Below are positions 58,407 to 64,000 of a stretch of 64,000 nucleotides of DNA, in pieces. The position numbers were made by a program, and so were the translations under genes. The DNA comes from a virus. The number at the start of each line of letters is the position of its first letter. The first letter of the stretch is position 1. The notes under the pieces were generated by a model. That model was not told where the DNA came from and did not search any database. It saw only the letters and a list, made by a program, of their open reading frames with translations. The stretch lies in IMG/VR virus record IMGVR_UViG_3300037225_001468, positions 53,742-117,741 of that record; one strand, given 5' to 3'.

Positions 58407-59028
58407 AGTTTATCTTACTGAACAGCAAGAGTATGTGATGGATAGATATTTCTATAGCAAGGAAGGAAGCTTACGACTTTCTATTTATATAACAGCAGGT
58501 GATGTAGATACAAATGATAGAGAGGATGAAGAAAAAAGAAAAGAGATAACTGAAAAGTTTGAGAAATACCTAAATAAGCAACTGAAAGATATCATTAAAA
58601 TTCAACCATTTTTCTTGAAAATGTTTGAAAAATTTAACATACCGATTGATATGTTAGATAATTTAACTTTTCAGATTAAAGAATTGAAAAATAGAAATGC
58701 TCAATCTGATAGTAAAACTATTATTTTTGATGAAAAACTATTTGACAAAAAAGATTTTATTAAAGAAAAACTTCATTTTTTAGTTCACGAACTATGTCAT
58801 TGGCTTACTCGTCAAAGAGAAAGAAACTTTTATTTTGCTGATCCTGAAGAAACAGATGCTTTTTCAATAGGAATGGCATATGAGTTATTGAGAGGTAGGA
58901 ATAAAGAAGAAGTATTAAAAATATATTATCCGATTATAGAAAAACATTTTAATGACGGAAGAGATGCTAATAAAATGTTTGTTATATTATTCAATAAAGC
59001 ATTAGATAAAGTGAAAGAATATAAATAA
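58393..59028 (+). CDS. hypothetical HExxH protein
   Basis: LVHELCHWL, YFADPEETDAF. Confidence 0.7.
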   Translation: MALHKVYLTEQQEYVMDRYFYSKEGSLRLSIYITAGDVDTNDREDEEKRKEITEKFEKYLNKQLKDIIKIQPFFLKMFEKFNIPIDMLDNLTFQIKELKNRNAQSDSKTIIFDEKLFDKKDFIKEKLHFLVHELCHWLTRQRERNFYFADPEETDAFSIGMAYELLRGRNKEEVLKIYYPIIEKHFNDGRDANKMFVILFNKALDKVKEYK

Positions 59029-59372
59029 TGTTGATAAAAAATAAATCACTTAAAGTTGATAAAAAGTTTTTTGAAGATATCCTAAGTAGTGCTGATAAGA
59101 AAGATGATAAATGTATATTAAAATCAATAGAGTATTGTTCTTCATTATTTACAGAAACTTCTTTTGTGGAATATAAAATGCTAACAAAAATAAGTAAAGA
59201 AAGAGAAAAAGTAATACGTTTATTATTTAATGAAGGAAAAGTAGAAGAAGGTAGTTTGCCTAACTTTATAGATCCTAACTTTATAGATAAAAATGTTATT
59301 TACTCGATTATTTCCGATATCGCTCAACTTTTAGTTGAAGCAAAAAGAGCAAAACAAAATGAACTGGTATAA
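59028..59372 (+). CDS. hypothetical protein
   Basis: 114-aa ORF, TAATG coupling. Confidence 0.6.
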   Translation: MLIKNKSLKVDKKFFEDILSSADKKDDKCILKSIEYCSSLFTETSFVEYKMLTKISKEREKVIRLLFNEGKVEEGSLPNFIDPNFIDKNVIYSIISDIAQLLVEAKRAKQNELV

Positions 59373-59883
59373 AATAATAAAAAATAAAATGTTTATAAGA
59401 ATGTCAAAAACAATAAGTAATAAAGAGGCAAAAGATATATTAAATGGATCAATAACTCATCCTAATGCTAAAATAGCAAGATTGATGGCTAAACAATCTG
59501 CTAATGCTTTGGACTCTATTGCTTTACAGATTGCTCAACTTTTAATTGAGGCATATAGCGGAATAAATCAGGCTAGCTTAAGTAAAGTGAGAAACATTGT
59601 TTCTTTTATATCTGATGGACTGTCAGTGGAACAAGCAATTGAGATGGGAACTGCTTTAGCACTAAAATCAACAGGAGCAGAAACATTAAATGAAGGCCAA
59701 CAACAACTTATTCAATTGTTATATGGTGCTTTTTTTGAAAGAAATGGACAAAAGAAAATACAAGAACAATCAAAAGTTCAAAATGAAGATCCACTTTCTC
59801 CGATTGGTGAAGAAAATGTTCCTCAAAACAATACCGCTCAACAATCTCAAGAAAACATTTCAACAGAATTGCCAAAAACTTAA
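59359..59883 (+). CDS. hypothetical protein with MNWY tag
   Basis: Start reassigned to ATG 59359 (MNWYKIIK); Q/E/N-rich tail. Confidence 0.65.
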   Translation: MNWYKIIKNKMFIRMSKTISNKEAKDILNGSITHPNAKIARLMAKQSANALDSIALQIAQLLIEAYSGINQASLSKVRNIVSFISDGLSVEQAIEMGTALALKSTGAETLNEGQQQLIQLLYGAFFERNGQKKIQEQSKVQNEDPLSPIGEENVPQNNTAQQSQENISTELPKT

Positions 59884-59891
59884 ATAAAAAG

Positions 59892-59920
59892 TTGCTTTAT
59901 TTTTTTGCGCGAAATATAAT
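59892..59920 (+). promoter_or_regulatory. putative sigma70-type promoter
   Basis: TTGCTT-N17-TATAAT. Confidence 0.6.
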
Positions 59921-59945
59921 ATGATGTAAAAATGGAGATTGTGTC

Positions 59946-60689
59946 GTGGAAATTGAAATAATAAAATACAAATATAATAGAACGCCTCATCTTCCCTGGA
60001 GTGAGAACGCTGATCTTGATGACATTTTTATTGAAGATATACATCAGTTTGATGGTAAAGAAGTTATAGTTGGAGAAATGGTAGACGGAGAAGGTACCAC
60101 AATTGCTAAAGATTATATTCATGCTCGTTCTTTAGATGGAAGATATCATATTTCTCGGCATTGGGTTAAAAATCTTTGGAATAACATAAGACACGATATC
60201 CCTGATGGTTGGAGAATATGCGGAGAAAATATGTATGCGTGTCATACGGTTATGTATAGAAAATTACCTTCATATTTTTTAGTATTTGGGATTTATAATG
60301 AAAAAAATGAATGTATTTCTTGGGATGATACTTTAGATATATGTGATATGCTTGGTTTAGATATAGTTCCTGAATTATATCGTGGTATTTATGATGAAGA
60401 AAAAGTAAAAGCTTGTTTTACGGGAATATCTAAATTTGATGGAGTTGTAGAAAATCCTGCTTACAATTCTGATCTTTTAGAACAAAAAGAAATAGATGAA
60501 CAAATGCTTGGACATTATTTTTTGCCAGCACAAGAAGGATACGTAGTAAGAAGTGTTGGTTCTTTCCACTATAATGATTTTGCTAAAAATGTTGGAAAGT
60601 TTGTTTCTAAAATGTTTGGCATAAAAATGAGAAAAAATGATAATGTTCACTGGATGACAAAACCCGTAATAAAAAATCTCTTAGGATAA
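59946..60689 (+). CDS. RNA ligase family nucleotidyltransferase (motif I Lys replaced by Met)
   Basis: KYNRTPHLPWS, GEMVDGE, HARS, RICGEN, FLVFGI, QEGYVVR, GKFV. Confidence 0.85.
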   Translation: MEIEIIKYKYNRTPHLPWSENADLDDIFIEDIHQFDGKEVIVGEMVDGEGTTIAKDYIHARSLDGRYHISRHWVKNLWNNIRHDIPDGWRICGENMYACHTVMYRKLPSYFLVFGIYNEKNECISWDDTLDICDMLGLDIVPELYRGIYDEEKVKACFTGISKFDGVVENPAYNSDLLEQKEIDEQMLGHYFLPAQEGYVVRSVGSFHYNDFAKNVGKFVSKMFGIKMRKNDNVHWMTKPVIKNLLG

Positions 60690-60693
60690 TAAG

Positions 60694-61404
60694 ATGAAAA
60701 TCATTAAAATGACAGCGACAGGAGCAGATAATTCTGTTTCTCCTAAATCTTTATTGGAACTGTCAGAAAGATATCCGTTTGTTGAATGGGGAATACTTTT
60801 TTCTAAAAATAAAGAAAACTCTTTAAGATATTCTTCTCTGTCTTGGATTAAAGACTTTTGTGAAATCATAAAAGATAAAAAAGTAAATACTTCTGGTCAT
60901 ATTTGTGGAAGTTATTGTAGAGAATTATTGCTTGGAAAAGAAAATATATTTCTTGAAAGATCTTTTATATTAAATGCTTTTCAGAGATTCCAGTTAAACT
61001 TTAATGCTGCTTTTTCAAAAATAGATTATTTGAATTTCCCTTTGTTATTGAAAAAGTATAATTTAAGGGATATAATATTTATACTACAAATGAATAGCGA
61101 TAAGAGTTACGGGGTATTGGATGTTGTCAGAAAACAGGTAAAAGTAAATGTTTTTTTTGACAAATCTGGAGGAAAAGGCTTTGTTCCGTTTGCCTGGCCG
61201 ACACTAATAGATGGTGTTTTATGTGGATATGCTGGTGGATTGGGTCCCAACAATATAGAAGAAGAATTAAAGAAAATAGAAAATGTAGTTGGAAATAATG
61301 AGATTTGGATAGATATGGAAAGTGGAGTTAGGTCAGAAGATAATTTAACTTTTGACTTAAATAAAGTCGAATTTTGTTTGAACGCTGTAAAAAAATACAT
61401 TTAA
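60694..61404 (+). CDS. PRAI-like TIM-barrel protein
   Basis: TGAD, EWGIL, HICG, RFQLN, FDKSGGKG, GYAGGLGP, WIDMESGVR. Confidence 0.7.
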   Translation: MKIIKMTATGADNSVSPKSLLELSERYPFVEWGILFSKNKENSLRYSSLSWIKDFCEIIKDKKVNTSGHICGSYCRELLLGKENIFLERSFILNAFQRFQLNFNAAFSKIDYLNFPLLLKKYNLRDIIFILQMNSDKSYGVLDVVRKQVKVNVFFDKSGGKGFVPFAWPTLIDGVLCGYAGGLGPNNIEEELKKIENVVGNNEIWIDMESGVRSEDNLTFDLNKVEFCLNAVKKYI

Positions 61405-61418
61405 AAAGGAGAAAAAAG

Positions 61419-62027
61419 ATGCCTACAGGATTTACCGATCATTTGTTAGACAAAGATTTAAGTTTTCCTGATTTTGCTAAGATTTGTGCAAGAGCATTTG
61501 GAGCATTAGTAGAGTTTAGAGATGATGCTTTGACTGCCAATATTCCTGAGAATATTCCAATAGATAATTATCATTTACTGCGACTTAAAGACGCAGAAAA
61601 GAAGTTAAAAGAGTTTAAGTTAAAAAATGATAAAGTTTTACGTGATCAATTTGTGAAAGAACAAAAAGAAAGCTTAGAAAGTAATAAAAAATATTTAGAC
61701 AGAGAAAGAGAAGAGAATAAAAAATATGATGATATGAAAAACAAAGTTTTAAGCTGGGAACCTCCTACTTCAGAACATTTTGGTCTTAAAAAGTTTATGT
61801 TAGAACAAATAGATTTATCATATAATAAAACAACATATGCCGAAGAAGAAGAGGCAATAATAAAAGAAAAAACATTTGCACAATGGAAAAAAGACAAATT
61901 AGAAAGTCTTGTGCATGATGTAGATTATCATAAAAAAGAATGGGAAGAAGAAGAACAAAGAAATGCTGAAAAGAATAAGTGGATTAAAGATTTGTTGAAT
62001 AATCTAAAAACTTGTGGCATAAAATAA
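61419..62027 (+). CDS. conserved phage hypothetical protein (MPTGY/FT family)
   Basis: MPTGFT, CARAFGA, WEPPTSEH.GLKKFM.EQ; start at 61419 after AAGGAG. Confidence 0.65.
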   Translation: MPTGFTDHLLDKDLSFPDFAKICARAFGALVEFRDDALTANIPENIPIDNYHLLRLKDAEKKLKEFKLKNDKVLRDQFVKEQKESLESNKKYLDREREENKKYDDMKNKVLSWEPPTSEHFGLKKFMLEQIDLSYNKTTYAEEEEAIIKEKTFAQWKKDKLESLVHDVDYHKKEWEEEEQRNAEKNKWIKDLLNNLKTCGIK

Positions 62028-62036
62028 GGAGAAAAA

Positions 62037-62348
62037 ATGGAATATCCTACAGACAAAATGATGACAACAGAAGAGATTAAGCCTATTAAAAGAATAACCG
62101 GACAGATTTGTATGGGATCAGGTAATTTTTCTTTAGCAGAAATGGGATATCTTTATTCTCGTCTTTCTGATGCTTTTGATATATTAAGTGGCATTCAACA
62201 ATCTCCTATGGCTACTGATGCGAAAGAGGTTTGGGAAAAATATAAGAAAGAGACATCTGATGGAGAATATGATATAGAAAAAATAGCAAAAGAAATTTAT
62301 CTCGCTTTAACTGGTGAAAAAGTTATTAAAACAGAAAAGGTAAAATAA
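62037..62348 (+). CDS. hypothetical protein
   Basis: 103-aa ORF, AAGGAG RBS. Confidence 0.65.
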   Translation: MEYPTDKMMTTEEIKPIKRITGQICMGSGNFSLAEMGYLYSRLSDAFDILSGIQQSPMATDAKEVWEKYKKETSDGEYDIEKIAKEIYLALTGEKVIKTEKVK

Positions 62349-62349
62349 T

Positions 62350-62637
62350 ATGCCTTATATTAAATCAGAAAAAAGAAAAGATTTTGAAACAGAAATTCAG
62401 TCAATAGTAGATAAATTAGATAAATCTGAAGAAGGTGATAATTCGGCAAAAGGTGAACTAAATTACATTATTTATTCTATTATTAAAAGATATTTGGATA
62501 AGAAGGGTATGAGATATTTTAGAGCACAAGATTTTATTGGTGGAGTTTTAACCTGTTGCCAAATGGAATTGTATAGACGACTGTTGGCTCCTTATGAGGA
62601 CAATGTGGCTATAAAGAAAAATGGGGATGTATTATGA
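62350..62637 (+). CDS. DUF6899-like phage protein
   Basis: MPYIK, GELNY, G.L.C...ELYRR..APYED....NGDV. Confidence 0.65.
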   Translation: MPYIKSEKRKDFETEIQSIVDKLDKSEEGDNSAKGELNYIIYSIIKRYLDKKGMRYFRAQDFIGGVLTCCQMELYRRLLAPYEDNVAIKKNGDVL

Positions 62638-63754
62638 GCGAGAGCGTTGTTTATTTTTTAAGAGGATTACCGGCAAGCGGAAAAAGCACTTATGCTAAAC
62701 AGCTTCTTCAAAAAGATGGCAATGCTATTCGTTTGAATAAAGACGACATTAGAGAAATGTTGGCACAGAAGAAATATACTTTTGAAGGACTATTTGATAT
62801 AAATATTCTTGCTAAGATGTTTTATTGTGACACTATTTGTTCGAAGTTGGATGAAAAGATTAAATGTAGTACGGCACAATATTATTATACTTTTGGTCCA
62901 GGACATAAATGGACTTTTGTTGATAAATGTAAAGAACATCTTGTTAGTGTTTTTAAGAAAGAAAAAGATTTTTTCGCAAAAATAAAAAATGGCAGTTTAA
63001 GTAATATAGAAACTTTAACACTAAAAATAGAAGACGAGTGTATGAAGTTGGTTGTTTTAAGTAATAAAGACATTGTGTTAGATGATACAAATTACAATCC
63101 GAAGCACTTAGGTCGTGTTAAAAAGTATTGTAGTTCTTATACTATAAAAATAATAGATATACATAAAGAGTTAGGGGTGACTTTAGAACAATGTCTTGAA
63201 AGAAACAAAAAGAGAGATAGAGTTGTTCCTGAGTTTGTTATTAGAAAGATGGCAAAACAATATAATGTGTTTTCTGAAAATAGATCAAAAAATCAGAGAT
63301 ATGAGACAAAAAATCTAATAGCCTTATTCGATGTTGACGGAACTTTGGCCAACATAGATCATAGATTACATTTTCTAAAGAGAGGAACTAACGAAAAACC
63401 AGATTGGACTGGATTTTTTGAAGCAATGGATAAAGATATAGTTAGACCTGAAATAAAAAGTATGATTGACGATGTTTATCCTTATCACGATATAGTGTTA
63501 GTCACTGGTCGTCCAGAAAAATATAGAGCAAAAACAGAAACTTGGTTAAAAAACAATAATATAAGATATAATGCTTTACTTATGAGAGAAGATGGGGATC
63601 GAAGATCAGACGATATCACAAAACAAGAGATTTTAGATCTTTATATTGACAAGAAATTGGTGGACATTGTTGTGGATGATAGAAAAAAGTTGTGGAAATG
63701 TGGAGGAAGAATGGATTAAAAGTTTGTGATGTAGGAAATGGTGAAGATTTTTAA
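62634..63754 (+). CDS. pseT: T4 PseT-like polynucleotide 5'-kinase/3'-phosphatase; last ~21 aa in the -1 frame
   Basis: GLPASGKST, DDIR, DDTN, R; DVDGT, TGR, DDR; the -1 frame gives VVEMWRKNGLKVCDVGNGEDF*. Confidence 0.88.
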
Positions 63755-63763
63755 GGAGATAAA

Positions 63764-64000
63764 ATGATTGAAATTTTTACTCAACTTGAGGGTATGATTA
63801 TTACTTCTATTGACACAGGATGTGGTAGAAAAGTTCTTTTAAGTTGTTTTAATGATGCTCATCCTTCTTTTTCTAAATCAAAACTGATATATTCGCAAAA
63901 AGAAGTAGAAGAAGCATTAGATAAACTGATTAAACTTGATTTTGTAAGAGAAATAGATGGTCATTTAACTCTTAGTAATAAAGACATTTTTAAGGTATAA
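63764..64000 (+). CDS. hypothetical protein
   Basis: 78-aa ORF, AAGGAG RBS, stop at 64000. Confidence 0.55.
   Translation: MIEIFTQLEGMIITSIDTGCGRKVLLSCFNDAHPSFSKSKLIYSQKEVEEALDKLIKLDFVREIDGHLTLSNKDIFKV

Noticed and set aside
586-63073. Numerous short minus-strand ORFs in the track (e.g. 586..804, 12220..12510, 43549..44004, 53033..53230)
   Set aside because: Antisense shadows of well-supported + strand genes or of the structured element; low-complexity F/I/L/S-rich translations without RBS
1-64000. Alternative genetic code (TAG/TGA reassignment), common in some large phages
   Set aside because: Code 11 gives full-length conserved proteins and near-complete coding density; TAG and TGA end genes at expected positions
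1-64000. CRISPR array, tRNA or rRNA genes
   Set aside because: No regularly spaced repeats or cloverleaf/T-loop signatures seen in the few intergenic gaps; not verified with tRNAscan

Overview
Very AT-rich, gene-dense window, almost entirely on the + strand, read in standard genetic code 11. It looks like part of a large (jumbo/huge) bacteriophage genome: no ribosomal-protein, rRNA or tRNA genes were seen, while T4-like PNKP, an RNA ligase, RuvC, homing endonucleases and many small orphan ORFs are present. No structural gene is in the window, so the phage call is an inference. About 0.7-5.4 kb and 11.6-35.8 kb hold a very large, membrane-protein-free glycan arsenal: a nonulosonate pathway with a Maf-type transferase, about 15 glycosyltransferase-like ORFs, methyltransferases, and a transketolase/SIS/SdhL module. 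About 36-52 kb is a replication/transcription block: topA, intein-containing dnaX, a SigH-like sigma, dnaN-like, holA-like, dnaJ and RuvC. About 52-64 kb carries an orphan IS200/IS605-type end/omegaRNA-like element, a multi-domain CCA-adding enzyme, proteins sharing an N-terminal M(N/D)WY tag, an RNA ligase lacking its catalytic Lys, and a PNKP split by an in-phase A_AAA_AAG -1 frameshift. Main leads: (1) a free-standing LAGLIDADG gene flanked by a synonymously recoded duplicate of its target gene's 5' end; (2) the MNWY tag family; (3) a complete sialylation-type pathway; (4) back-to-back CCGATA promoters that appear to drive leaderless mRNAs; (5) probable ATA/ATT start codons. All family assignments come from motif recognition by eye; no searches were run.
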